Source of the DNA: Eledone cirrhosa
Taxonomy: Eukaryota
NCBI GenBank assembly: GCA_964016885.1
Contig: OZ024740.1
Coordinates: 224,502,001 to 224,566,000, forward strand
DNA length: 64,000 nt
Reading direction: 5' to 3'
Position 1 is the stretch's first letter. Each line of letters opens with the position of its first letter. The position numbers and the translations under genes are program-made. Shown here piece by piece: positions 27,448 through 42,590 of this stretch. The notes under the pieces are model-generated. The model had not been told where the DNA came from. It did no database searches and saw nothing but the letters and a program-made list of their open reading frames with translations.

Positions 27448-29249
27448 TTTACAGCTGCTTTTTCATGCTAGAATGAGTTTGACAAATGGAAAGAAAGGAC
27501 AGTACCATCAATCTTTTCAGGGCCTCCAAGATTAATAGAAGGAAGAGAGCAATGTATCTGGTCTAAGAGTTTGCAACAGAATAGGCTCTGCTGAACACAC
27601 CCAAGGATGATATAGTGGTGTTAAATGGCAACAGATTAAGTCTACCACCCAAGTAGGCCACAATAATATATAAAAACAGAATGCAAAGTGCCAGAACAAA
27701 TACTATGCCTACCCACTGCCATGACATCGTTACATTATTTTATTAACACTGAAAAGATGAAAAGAAAAGTTAACCCTAATAGGATTTGAGCTCTGAATAC
27801 AAAGAGCCAGAATAAAAAATGCATTTTTCTCCCCATTAACCTCTCTAACAAAGCGCCACCTTAATATTTTACATACTATGATATGTAATACATTAATTTC
27901 GCATTACTAAACAGAATTCTTATTTATGCTCAATAAAATATTTTCTAACAAATATATCGTAGCTAAGGATGGTTTGAATAATAATCAAAATTACAAACTT
28001 TTTCTTGCTATTCATATGCTCTCTCTTTAACATGCAATAATTAATATAATTAATCTAAACTATTTTCACTGCAATACTCAATATCCTTAGACATGTACAC
28101 TCTATACAGAGCTATTATCTTGTATCTTTATGCAGAAATGGTTCAGAACCATTAAAAATGTTACTCAAAATGCTTTGAAAATTACAAATTAATAATGCTT
28201 TTGCATGATAACTGACATTCTAGAATTTCTGTATCCTCCATCCAATCACAAACTTTTTTTCCTATTCACTGTCAATAGCAAGCTATCAATTAGTTCAGTT
28301 GAAGTTTTTCAAACTTTTTACCTTGGTAACATACTTTATGAAAATAACATTTTTATGACATGTTAATTAAGTTTTGTTAGTGGCATGACATTAACAAAAT
28401 GAATAAATAAAGATTGAAAGATGGTCGCCTGCTTGTGGAGGGAGCCCCAAAAGATAGGGTAGCTGTTGCAGCAGGTATCTCTGGCCATTCTCTACAGTAC
28501 TACTTTTGCCATTTTGTCTTAGGGGCATGGCTGTGCCACTGCTCAGACTGGGGTGTCGTGACTGCCCCTCCTCCACTCCCTTTCTGCTTGATACTTCTTT
28601 CTTTTTCTCCTTTTCATTTTCATTTTTCTTACCCCAGTACAATCAGGCTATAATTCTTGATGCAATGATTCTTTTGTTTTTTAATGTATTCTGGTTATTA
28701 ATAAATTTCATTATATACTGTGGAAACAAAAACGAAATGTAATAAATCATGCATCTAACTGTACAATGAGTTGCCAAATCACAAAAATATATTTAACATC
28801 TAAATATTCATAAAATAAAAAAAGCAAATGATCAGATCTGACTTAATTTTATGACACATCTAAAGATTATTGGTGGCACCTTAAAATGGCATGACACAGT
28901 TTAGAAACCTTTGCTCCTAGTTAAAACATAATTGGTGAATATATAATATACTGAACTCCTTCTTTGAATGAATTACCACACTATTTCATTGTTTTTCTAA
29001 AAAGAACCACACTATTATGGATTGTATCAATAATATGGTACCAGATTATCTGGAGATATAACATGAGACAGGCCAGAATTTTATCTAGATGGATATTTAT
29101 ATCTCATACATCTAATTCTATAACACCTAAATCTAAGTTTGAGCCATTAATCTTTCCTCACCAAATATATAATTGAATTCACTGCTCTATGTATTTCTAT
29201 TAAGTTTGAAAATAATGACATTTTTGTCACATTGATTAAATAACTAATG

Positions 29250-29448
29250 TATATACTCGAATATAAGCTGAGGAATATGTGATCAAAAATTCGATAGTCA
29301 AAGGGAGTTCAACTTATATTCAGTGTCAACATTTTGGTGATTTTCACCAACATCAAATTCTTTGTAAATAAGGTTTTGATTTTTGCTCATTTCTCAGGCA
29401 TAAGATAGTAAGATAGTGGGATCAGCTTATATTAGAGAATATATTGTA
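29250..29448. mobile_element. Possible pogo/Tigger-type MITE remnant
   Basis: Imperfect inverted ends tatatactcgaatataagctga / tcagcttatattagagaatata. Confidence 0.4.
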
Positions 29449-30026
29449 CATTTTAAAATCATTTCTATATTATTTTGGTATTTAGAACATAGATTAACAA
29501 AGTGTTCTTGCGTAAAATTATGATGAATACAGTAATGTATTGAACATAGTGACCTGGTACTGATAATGTTTGTCTATAGTCCTGCCATCCTGGTATCCTG
29601 TTGTACCATACATTTTTGATTACTACTGTTCAGTCAAATGCAAACCAGGGCCTTCTTTCTCCTGGTGGAGGGACACTTCTCTGGTTGACCTCCATCATTT
29701 TGTTTTCGGCTTTGTTCATGTCTTCAGGGATGTAACCCTACTCACTATGCTAGGTCAATTGCAGGTTGGTGAGACTATTTAAGCCATTGTTGGTGCGGGT
29801 GGCCGTTGATACTGAGAAGTTCTTCTCCCATTTAACAGCTCTTGTTTTTGTTTGTGTGCTGCTGATGTTCTACTTACCCTCCTCGAATCAGTAACTATTT
29901 TATATCATTGCTTTAGACAGAGTTCTTTGGAAATACATTTTATGGTTTTATATCATGTTTCTACATTTATTACCTATACATATACATATACAAATACATA
30001 TACAAATACATATATATATATATACA

Positions 30027-30130
<104 letters not shown>

Positions 30131-30387
30131 ACGATAAATTAACGGAGCCATAGGCCTTCGCTATTACCTGTAAATAATGTGCTCAAAGGAGAAGAAATCC
30201 TAAGCTCTTTAAAATACAATATGTTGAAAAGGTAACACACCAGAGAGAGATATACCGTGCGCTATCAATAAAACAGGGGAAAAAACCACCAGTGTATGGA
30301 ATCTATAACCTATGAAAGGCAAACTATAGACACGATAATTAAAAATATAAATTAAAGTGTAAATAAATACCTTTATAACTATATAAT

Positions 30388-30477
30388 ACACGTACAACTC
30401 CAAAGATACCAATCCTAAGATATGTTTCACCAGTAATTTGTCGAAAGAAATGGATTAGCCTCGGTTCATCAGCGTGT
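30388..30477 (-). ncRNA. Type I hammerhead, family D (left)
   Basis: Reverse complement: acacg-CTGATGA-accg...tggt-GAAA-ca...tt-GTA-cgtgt. Confidence 0.75.
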
Positions 30478-30909
30478 GTAAGGCTATACATTTCAGACAA
30501 CACTAAGAGAATTTCAAAAGTGACTGTCCAGCTACACGTGGGAGAGAGAAGTCACAGCGTGTTTAAGCGCACTGCATATCTCTCTCTGGTGTGTTACCTT
30601 TCCAACATATTGTATTTTAAAGAGCTCAGGATTTCTTCTCCTTTGAGCACATTATTTACAGGGAAATAGCGAGGGCCTATGGCTCCGTTAATTTATCGTG
30701 ATATTTTGCTCCTTATAACAGTCTTTCCTATCTCTCTGTTTGGTTGAGCACACTTCTCTGAGTGGCTTTGGGCTGCCCTTTCTAGCAGTTCGTCCCACGG
30801 AAGCCACTAGTTCACTGCTCTTAAACACGCTGTGACTTTTCTCTCCCACATGTAGCTGGACAGTCACTTTTGAAATTCTCTTAGTGTTGTCTGAAATGTA
30901 TAGCCTTAC

Positions 30910-30998
30910 ACACGCTGATGAACGGAGGCTAATCAATTTCATCAACAAATTACTGGTGAAACATATCTTAGGATTGGTATCTTTGGATTTGTACGTGT
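30910..30998 (+). ncRNA. Type I hammerhead, family D (right); predicted cleavage after A30993
   Basis: acacg-CTGATGA-acgg...tggt-GAAA-catatc...gattt-GTA-cgtgt. Confidence 0.75.
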
Positions 30999-31166
30999 AT
31001 TATATAGTTATAAAGGTATTTATTTACGCTTTAATTTATATTTTTAATTATCGTGTCTATAGTCTGTCTTTCATAGGTTATAGATTCCATGCACTGGTGG
31101 TTTTTTCAAATGTTTTATTGATAGTGCACTGTAATCTCTCTCTCTGGTGTGTTCCCTTTCCAACAT

Positions 31167-31252
<86 letters not shown>

Positions 31253-31422
31253 CTTTGTCGGAGAAAGCTAATAGCGATACTCAGGCCAAATCTCAACTCA
31301 CTCAACAAACATTAGGAAATAAGTGAGTATATTCCGTATTAAACGTTCGGGGTGCCAACTAATTGTATTGTGTGGAAAATTGGCTGTATTATTTCATATG
31401 AGATATATCAAATATATCTCTT

Positions 31423-31549
31423 CCCAGACGGACGTCTCGTTTCATTATAAGATTCCTACAAGTTGGGTGAAATTATACCAATTTATGTAGAAGCTTGTAT
31501 AAGATCAACAGATACTTATTCAAGTGGGCTCTTATAATTCCTCAGTGGG
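31423..31549 (-). ncRNA. Type I hammerhead, family E, with ~95-nt stem II, within an insert starting at ~31250
   Basis: Reverse complement: ccca-CTGAGGA-attataaga...tcttataat-GAAA-cg agacgtc c-GTC-tggg. The base of stem II is a perfect 9 bp. Confidence 0.85.
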
Positions 31550-32160
31550 TCCCAATAATATTAATATTGATAGTCAAATCAACATCAATATTTAGCGATA
31601 ATCACCATCAGTGCCTGAGGTAGCTGTTAGGTTGCTAGCCCAGCAGTTCTAAAGAAATGCTCATACTGTCTCAAAAAAAGAGGAAGGAGAATTACCGCCA
31701 AAACACAATACATGCGCAGGTCAAGAATTCTAAAAGGAATTCAAGCCACGTGCTAGAACTCAATTGGAATTTTAAAAAATACCCATATGTGTACATCGTT
31801 TGATGACACACATAGATATTTTCTCGGGCAAAATAACAGAATGAGATACAAGAAACAATCAATATTCATATATAAAAATAAACAAAGAGAGTCAAACCTT
31901 ATATCGGGAAGTTCATATCCGTTGCTCCAAGAGTAAATATATAAATACATTATCGAAGAAAGCTAATAGTGATACTCCGGCCAAATATATATACATATAT
32001 ACCTATATATGTATATATACATACATAGTAATATTTATATTTATATTTATATGTGTTTGATTTAACTATAAATATGTAGGGTAGAACTGAGTACCAGCCG
32101 GTTACCGGTATGACAATAGGCTCAATCCAAATTATCAAGTGTTTTACAGAGCCGAGATAC

Positions 32161-32240
32161 AAAGTGTTAAAACGATCAAATTTTAGTTTAGAACATTTAT
32201 TAGCTGATTCTAAACTAAAATTTGATCGTTTTAACACTTT
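32161..32240. repeat. Perfect 33-bp inverted repeat (14-nt spacer) at the end of a TA-flanked insert
   Basis: aaagtgttaaaacgatcaaattttagtttagaa / ttctaaactaaaatttgatcgttttaacacttt. Confidence 0.95.
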
Positions 32241-32269
32241 ATATACATACATATACATTTATGTATATA

Positions 32270-32310
<41 letters not shown>

Positions 32311-32613
32311 TATATATATGTATAACAAAAGAACTATCTATTCCAATAAAACCTTAAATGGAATTTGACAGTTTTATACGGAGTAAATCTGTTTGCTAAA
32401 AATTCTTAAACCAAAATTACTTACTAGGAAAGATTGTTACATAATAATTTGTGAAAAAGTGTTATATAAATTGTTGCAGTTTTGCAAGGAACTTAAATTA
32501 AATAAATTTGTACTCTATGATTTATGTCACTGCCATTTTTCTCTCTTTCCCTCATTATTTCACTCATCATACATATAAGTTTATTTATCTCAGCAAAAGT
32601 ATTATATATATAT

Positions 32614-32684
<71 letters not shown>

Positions 32685-33764
32685 TATATATATATATAAA
32701 TATATATATATGTATATATATATATATAAATATATTTCTTTTATTTGCCACTAGGGCATCAAAAGTGGGACAAGTACAAAGGGGGGAGTTTACACAAAAA
32801 GGATAGATAGATGTATATATATATATATATATATAAATATATATATATGAATGTATGTATATATATACAAATATATACATACATACATTTATGTAAGTAT
32901 GGATATATATAAAATTATCTATCCATAATCTAGATATATAATTGGAAAAAGAATAATATATAGATATACATGTAAAAATATTTTTGTATATGGATTATTT
33001 AAAAAAAGAGATAAAATCAAGAAAATACCTGTAAATTCCCATTAAATATGTAACCTTAAATATAATACTTATAAGTTAATTTTATGAATTGCTGAAACTT
33101 TGCAATCACCCAATGTATGAAATATTTTATTATATTCCTATAGTTTCCAACAGCATTTCATTGTTGTTGTTTTATAAAGTTTTTCTCTTGCGTTTCAATG
33201 CAATAATGCACATTCAGAAGTCATTTGTCAGGATTGTATGTTTTCCCCATGACAATATTTTCTTTCATTTTAAATATCTTTGGAAAAAGCATCAATGCTG
33301 AATTTTCTCATATCTGCTCAGTAAAAAAATTATATTTCAAACATACTAATGTTTCTGTAGAAGATAGAACTGTAACGTAATTAGTCAATTGTTTTCTTTT
33401 GTTTTAAATCCATAAAAACCATATAAACATGCTCTGTTACTTTTACCTTTTCCAGCCAATACGCTACAGCCATGATGTGCACTGTGATGAAAAAATTTCA
33501 GCCATTTTAATACCAACATCCTTGAGATCACCTGTGGTTCTTAACACTACCTGTTTTAACCCTTTACAACATGATGCTTTACTATGTGTGTGGTTCACAT
33601 TCCTGAAAATTACAAAAATAATTAATGTTGGTCAATTGAATCATCTAAAAAGAAGTAATAAATCAGATGAACGATATCAAACGTTTCTTTTTCGTGAAAC
33701 CTTGGGTAATGGAATAATTATATTGTGTTGTTTATTACATAAATATATACATATAGATAGATAT

Positions 33765-34590
33765 GTTTCTTTATTAGCCACAGGGGCACAAAAGAAGGGG
33801 ACAAATACAAAGGGGGAAGTTTACATACAATAAAAACGTTTTTATATACATATAGATAGATAGGTAGATAGATACATTTCTTTATTAGCCAAAAGGGTAC
33901 AAAAGAAGGGGACAAATACAAATGGGGAGTTTATATACAGGTATATGAAAATAAAACTATTAATAAAATTACAAATAACAATTGAAATCCCTAATAGGGA
34001 GAGGCGTTACAGAGGGGTTGTCCACACCCCGAAAAAATGTACAACACTCATCTCCAGGAGCACCAAGAGTGAGTACTCCCTTCCTCTCTTCCTCTTTTTC
34101 CTCAACCTACAAGCCCTTTTATAAAATTTGCTGGCGTACAGCACCTCTCTCTCCATCCTGATTCTTCTTCCAAAATGCTATTTGAAAAAACGAATCAGTT
34201 GCTCGCCGGAGAGAAAGGTGTCTGACCTCAGCCCTTTTAACCTCGTCCACCATATAACCTCTTTCACCATAGCCATAACACATAGGAAAACCGCCTCTCT
34301 CTTTTTGAAGGAGGGTGGCGGTTTGATCATGACAATGGACTCAGTGGTCAACTGGATTGGTCCCACCCGTGACAGTAGTCGTTCTACATAGCCCCACAGG
34401 GCGGTAACGCCTGGGAAGGCTCGCCCCAGGAATGGGGCCCATACCGGTTGTCCGGTGAGGAATATGTGGATGTGCTGCAGCCTGCGCGCGTGTTTGTGCA
34501 TCATCAGCCACGGCATTACCAGCCCTCCAATTGAAGGGTTTTGGCCGCAGATGGATCTTCTCACCAACGGAGATAGATAACTCGATTTAC
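33765..34590 (-). mobile_element. Tx1/L1-clade LINE 3' end with duplicated 3' terminus (33765-33826, 33878-33935); a related snippet at 32733-32795
   Basis: ORF 34178-34615(-) V.ALW.YVERLL...AMVKEVIWWTR resembles an L1/Tx1 ORF2 C-terminus. The terminus tttgtccccttcttttgt.ccc..tggctaataaagaaa includes AATAAA. Confidence 0.65.
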
Positions 34591-34609
34591 ATAACACACA
34601 CATACACAT

Positions 34610-34650
<41 letters not shown>

Positions 34651-34654
<4 letters not shown>

Positions 34655-34810
34655 GGAACGAGTGGGACCCCGACGTCTGAGCTCAAGTCGTTTCGACGGC
34701 TAATTCTGGGAATTAGCCGTTGAAACGATCCTATTACCCACTCTACTACCCTAAGTATTGAGTACTTTGGTGCGTTATGGTCCACCTGGTTCCTTACCAC
34801 ATTTCCTTCG

Positions 34811-34866
<56 letters not shown>

Positions 34867-34878
34867 CGAAGGAAATGT

Positions 34879-34882
<4 letters not shown>
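34651..34882. mobile_element. Hammerhead family F fold-back insert (3' half of the ribozyme only) plus an inverted 19-bp tail copy
   Basis: Palindrome tcgtttcgacggctaattc-tgg-gaattagccgttgaaacga; tail identical in type to 58362-58559. Confidence 0.8.
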
Positions 34883-34925
<43 letters not shown>

Positions 34926-34929
34926 TAAA

Positions 34930-35036
34930 ATTTATTGTCTAGATTAGAGCAAACTCCTGAAGAGTCCGATGCTCGAGTTTCCAAAGTTATTGGAAATCTC
35001 AAAATGCGGACGAAACCATGGTAGAGGTCAATAAAT
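34930..35036 (+). ncRNA. Type I hammerhead, family G (insert ~34923-35382); predicted cleavage after A35023
   Basis: ctc-CTGAAGA-gtccg..gag.tttccaa agtta ttggaaa.ctc..cggac-GAAA-ccatg-GTA-gag. Stem III is the palindrome accatggt; distal stem I is atttattg/caataaat. Confidence 0.85.
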
Positions 35037-35407
35037 GTATTCTCTTTCTCCTAGTTCATTTTACACCTAATTCTGTTTAATTGACTGTATCTGGGCGATT
35101 ACGCTGTCGAAATATTCGATAAATATTCCGTCGCGGCCGACGCGAAGGGCTAGTTTCGGTTACTTGTTGGAGATTTCTTCATAGAAGCCTTATTCTTATA
35201 GCCTGATCTATTCGATTTTTTATATAGTTAATTATGCTAATTGGGAGAGGAAATGGTATATATGTTAACTGGTGATTCTATAGACATGTTTTATGATATA
35301 TAACTCTGATTATTTAATTTATTAAGTTTTCATTGAGCCACAAAGTGACCCGTTGCAAAACACGTATATGCATGTATGTAGTATATATATATATATATAT
35401 GTAAACC

Positions 35408-35434
<27 letters not shown>

Positions 35435-35439
<5 letters not shown>

Positions 35440-35878
35440 ATAGTAAAAAAGGAAAAAACAGTAGAAAACGCTAAACGGATTTTCTTTCAGAATAACATCA
35501 AAACATTTATTTACAAAATAGAGATTTCCGCATTTAATTGTACCGGCTTCAGCTCATGTGGTTTTTCAACTATGGAAATGTATAATGCAATTAAGTTGCA
35601 TATTAATAAGAATAATAAGAATATGGGGAAATAATTTGTTTTTACATACATATTTAGGGAGAAAAGTTCACATTTTCTTAGTATTTTCTTTCTTTCTCTC
35701 TTAGTTTTGACCTTAGCCTTACCAACTGTGGTGGTAGCACCAAAATGTGAACTTTTCTCCCTAAATAGGTATGTAAAAATAAATCCCCCCATACTATCCT
35801 TATTCTTATTAATATGCGATTTAATTGCATTATTCACTTTCATTGTTGAAAAAGCATATAAGCTGAAAACGGTACAAT
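35435..35878. mobile_element. Head-to-head inverted pair (35537-35676 / 35742-35878) of hammerhead family H
   Basis: ~140-bp diverged inverted repeat; the left 3' end abuts (TA)n and the right arm fuses to PLE-2. Confidence 0.8.
35842..35878 (+). ncRNA. Minimal hammerhead, family H, with U3/A8 core (inverted copy at 35537-35573)
   Basis: attg-TTGAAAA-agc atataa gct-GAAA-acg-GTA-caat. The other arm reads TTGAAAA...gct-GAAG-ccg-GTA-caat, giving consensus stem III accggt. Confidence 0.6.
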
Positions 35879-35880
35879 AG

Positions 35881-38575
<2,695 letters not shown>

Positions 38576-38623
38576 GGCCGTAGTATCGTTATTAGCTTTC
38601 TCCGTTTATGTATTTATATATAA

Positions 38624-38968
38624 TGGAGGCATATGGCTTAGTGGTTAGAGAATTGGCCTTGCAATCGAAAGGTTGTGAGTTCAATTCTCAGACCGGGTTA
38701 TGTGTTGTTTCTTTGAGCAAGACACTTTATTTCACATTGCTCCAGTTTACTCAGCTGTAGAAATGAGATGATAGAGACTGGTGTCCATATCATTCCACTG
38801 CAAAGTGGTCGTGGAGGCGCCACAGCAAAAAAGCACCCAGCACTCACTGTAAATGAGGTTGGTGTTAGGAAGGGCATCCAGCTGTAGAAATAAAGCCCAA
38901 ATCAGTTTCCGTCCCACCCTTGCAAGCAGGGAAAAAGCGGACGTAAAATTAAATGATGATGATGATGA
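38624..38968 (+). mobile_element. tRNA-derived CORE-like SINE with an RTE-derived 3' tail
   Basis: A box tggcttagtgg (38634), B box gagttcaattc (38677), CORE-like tgtttctttgagcaagacactt; the 3' part matches the RTE(X) 3' UTR and has a (GAT)n tail. Confidence 0.8.
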
Positions 38969-38998
38969 TATATATATATATATATATATACATATATA

Positions 38999-39345
38999 TC
39001 TTCTTCTTCACCCACGTATTTCTGAGAGGGTCGTGGGGGCAGAGTCGTCAAATACTCCTCCCAGTAGGTCCTGTGAAAAGCAACCATCTCCAAGCTCAAA
39101 CCATCAACCATCTTGCTTCGGGTCTACTCCAGGCTCTTCTGCCAGTTGGTTTTGCTCTTGAAATCTGTCCAGTAATACTTTCCTGAGACATTATAACCAC
39201 ATACTCATAGTACCAGAGTTGTGATCTTCTCAATTCAGAGAAGTAGCAGCTCTACCTTGAGCGAATCTCTGATCCGAGCTACACACTCTATTGAATAACG
39301 TTGCTCCAAAGACCCTTTGTAGGAACCTGATTTCAGCTCTTCCAT
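38999..39345 (-). mobile_element. Degenerate RTE-type LINE 3' end with (GAA)n tail
   Basis: Minus strand GRRAWSRPEARW resembles the G.R..GRP..RW motif; tail gaagaagaag. Confidence 0.5.
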
Positions 39346-41677
39346 TTGTGATCATATTCTTTCAGTTTAATTAGTTATGTGATTAACTGTTAAAATTAGA
39401 AATATGTAGCCAGCCAAGTTCCTTTTACATTTACAAATTTTATATATTTGTGTTTTCAGACTATAACACAAATATTTAAAAGTATAAAATGCTGCCACAC
39501 CTCATATAAATTCAAACTTGTGGAATTTATACAATTATTCCATATTTAGAATATTATTCTGTATTTAAAATATTATTCATATAGGGACACCTTAAGAGGT
39601 CTGATACTTTAATAAATAAGTAGATGAAGATGTAATTTTATAAAAACAGAATTTGCATTTCATTCGGAAAAACATTTATGGTAATTATTGTTGATAATTC
39701 AAAAAAGCCAAAGAATCTTTTCAATTATTCATCCTAAATAGTAATCATAAATTAATGCATTTATTTAGGAATATATTTCCAACCATAGTTTGTTTCATAA
39801 ATCATAGGCAAACATTGAAACCATTTGTTAATCATAAGCCTAGTGACATTTCGATTTTATACATAAATGCATTTCTGGACCAAATGCATTATTTATGATC
39901 TTTACTAAATTGTCATATATATTTTTCATCATTTTACTTTTTATATAATAGTAATGTGATTTTAATCACTCACATTCGGAATGAAAAAAAAACCCAAATT
40001 GATATATAATAATTTTTCTGTTTCTTTTTTTCCCTCCTTAATTTAAAAAATATTTGAGAATTTTGCATTTGAATTGGAAGGAAATGTAGAGAGCAGATGT
40101 CTGATGTACACAGACTTTGTGTAACAATGAAATCTCAGCAAACATCTTTCCTTAAATTGCTATTTAGCTTTAGGCATAGTAGTATTTATGTATACATTAT
40201 AGATACATATTTGAAGCATCAGTGAAGACTTATATAATGGTATAATGATTCAATATAGAGGCTTAGTATCTAGTTGCATTACACTACTTTACAATTGAAC
40301 TAAGACAAGATGAGCTAGAGAAAACTCTTTAGTCGTTACAACCTCTCTAGTACTGGAGTCATGATCAAATGCATCCAGTGCACTCAGTAAAATGGTTGGT
40401 GTTAAGGTGAGCATGCAGCAACAGTATCCATGCCAAAACTGGAATGTCCAAGTATCTAACACATCTAGAAGTGCAATAACTTGAAATAAGCTTTGACCTG
40501 AAGAGTAAGAACTTGTCCAAACAATGCAAATATGGGCAGAAGATATAAAATGATGATAATGACGATGACAAGCCATGATTTCAACTTCACACTCAAGCTA
40601 AGGAAATACTCAATAATTATATCATTGTTTACAGGAGTAAATTGATAAGGTTACATAAAAACTATTTACAACTTATGTTGATTGAGTCTCAGACAGTCAA
40701 ATACCTTTGGCAAAAGTACAAGATAAAAATAATAATTGCATACAAATCAATGATAAGTTATCATGCTATCGACTGAAATTTACATCTGGATATACATTTC
40801 AAAGGGAGAGTAGAAATGATGGAAGCTTTTAGAGTAAGAGCAAAAATTATTTCATGTGGTTCTTTAGAGAAATGACCAACAAGGATTAAAATTCCAAGAA
40901 TGTAATAGAAGAAATTTAATAGAAAAATGGATCTCAGTGTCCCTATAAAATATGTAGGAAATAGGTGCTAAGTATAATTTGGTTACACACTTGGAGTGAT
41001 TAAGATCTGATTCAATAACAATTATGTGTTGTTTTTCTGGGGAACTTACATGGTAGGAAAGGCATTGGATACATATGAGTCTCATAGCTTAAATAGTTCT
41101 ATATATTTTAATTGCAACAAAAAAACAAAAAACAAAGTGTAAGTGCATTTAAGATATTAACATAAATATTTTAATCCTTTGAAACCTGCCTCCCTGTCAT
41201 GTCTGTAGTTTCCAATTCAGGCATCAACACGAAAACCACCGATACGTAATATTCATCAATTAATACTGAAAAAAGATAAGAAATATAAGAACCTGAGAAA
41301 AATCATCACAATGCCTTATCAAAGAACTCAGTCTAAAGCAATGAATTAAAAGAATCGCTGATTCATGTAGAAAGTAATGTAAATAACAGTAGTAAACAGA
41401 AATGCATGGTAGAATGAAATACTGGGCTGATGGAATATAGTCAAAAATCGTCAATACCAGAATACTGAGCTAGTGGGTTCAAAGTATAAATAAAAAAAAG
41501 ATTTAAAAGAAAGTACTTTTGATGTTTCAACCAGATTATCGTTAAAAGGAAGAACCAAGAAGTATTGTTAACTTTGAAGTAAATTGATTGGTAGGTGTTT
41601 GGCTTATATGTACATGTTTGAATAGTTGTTGGCCAATATAGATTTTGACTTTTATTTGTGTGTATGCATATATATAT

Positions 41678-41787
<110 letters not shown>

Positions 41788-42590
41788 ACATACATATATT
41801 TACATACATATATATATTTACATACATATATGTATACATATATGTATGTATACATTCTATACATATATATATAAAGATACATATATATATATATATATCG
41901 TCTAACCCATGCTAGTTTGGAAGAACAGACGTAAAACAGTGATGATGATGATGGTGATGATATATATATATACATACACGCACATATATATATATATATG
42001 TGTGTGTGTGTGTATAAATGTGTAAGACAAAGTTGAATCAGTGGTTATATGTGACTTTTGGATGTTTCCCTTTACATAAATAACTTTATATTCTAGATTT
42101 GTAAACATATATCAGCAGATCTATGAAAATTTCTTAAATTGCAATTTAATTTTTCACTATGAGTGCTTTTGGTGTAATGAAGTGTATTGTTCCCTTCTAA
42201 ACTACCTTCACAGGTTAACATGAAAAAGTATTCATATCTTGTGCAAAGTACATCACATATGTATTGGTTTATCTTTTCTTTTTCCTTTCCCAATAATGAT
42301 CAATAATAATTCAAGAGAATTTTATCCTATCTATTTCATATATAATATGAAAACCATTGGGGATCATTTCATCCCATCCCGCACAGATATATTGTAAATA
42401 TCTGAATATTTATCTTAGAACAATATCAAATATTTACATTTGTAGATAATGTAAGATAATTAATTGTGATTTATATACAGTAAACACCTTAAAGAATAAT
42501 GTAATTTAATAATCACTTACATATCTGTAGCTTAAAGTCTTTGAATAAGTTATAATGTCTATATGTGTACATATTAAAAAAAAAAAAAAA

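Noticed and set aside
38630-38695. tRNA gene
   Set aside because: A/B boxes are present but there is no proper cloverleaf, and it continues into a SINE body and LINE tail.
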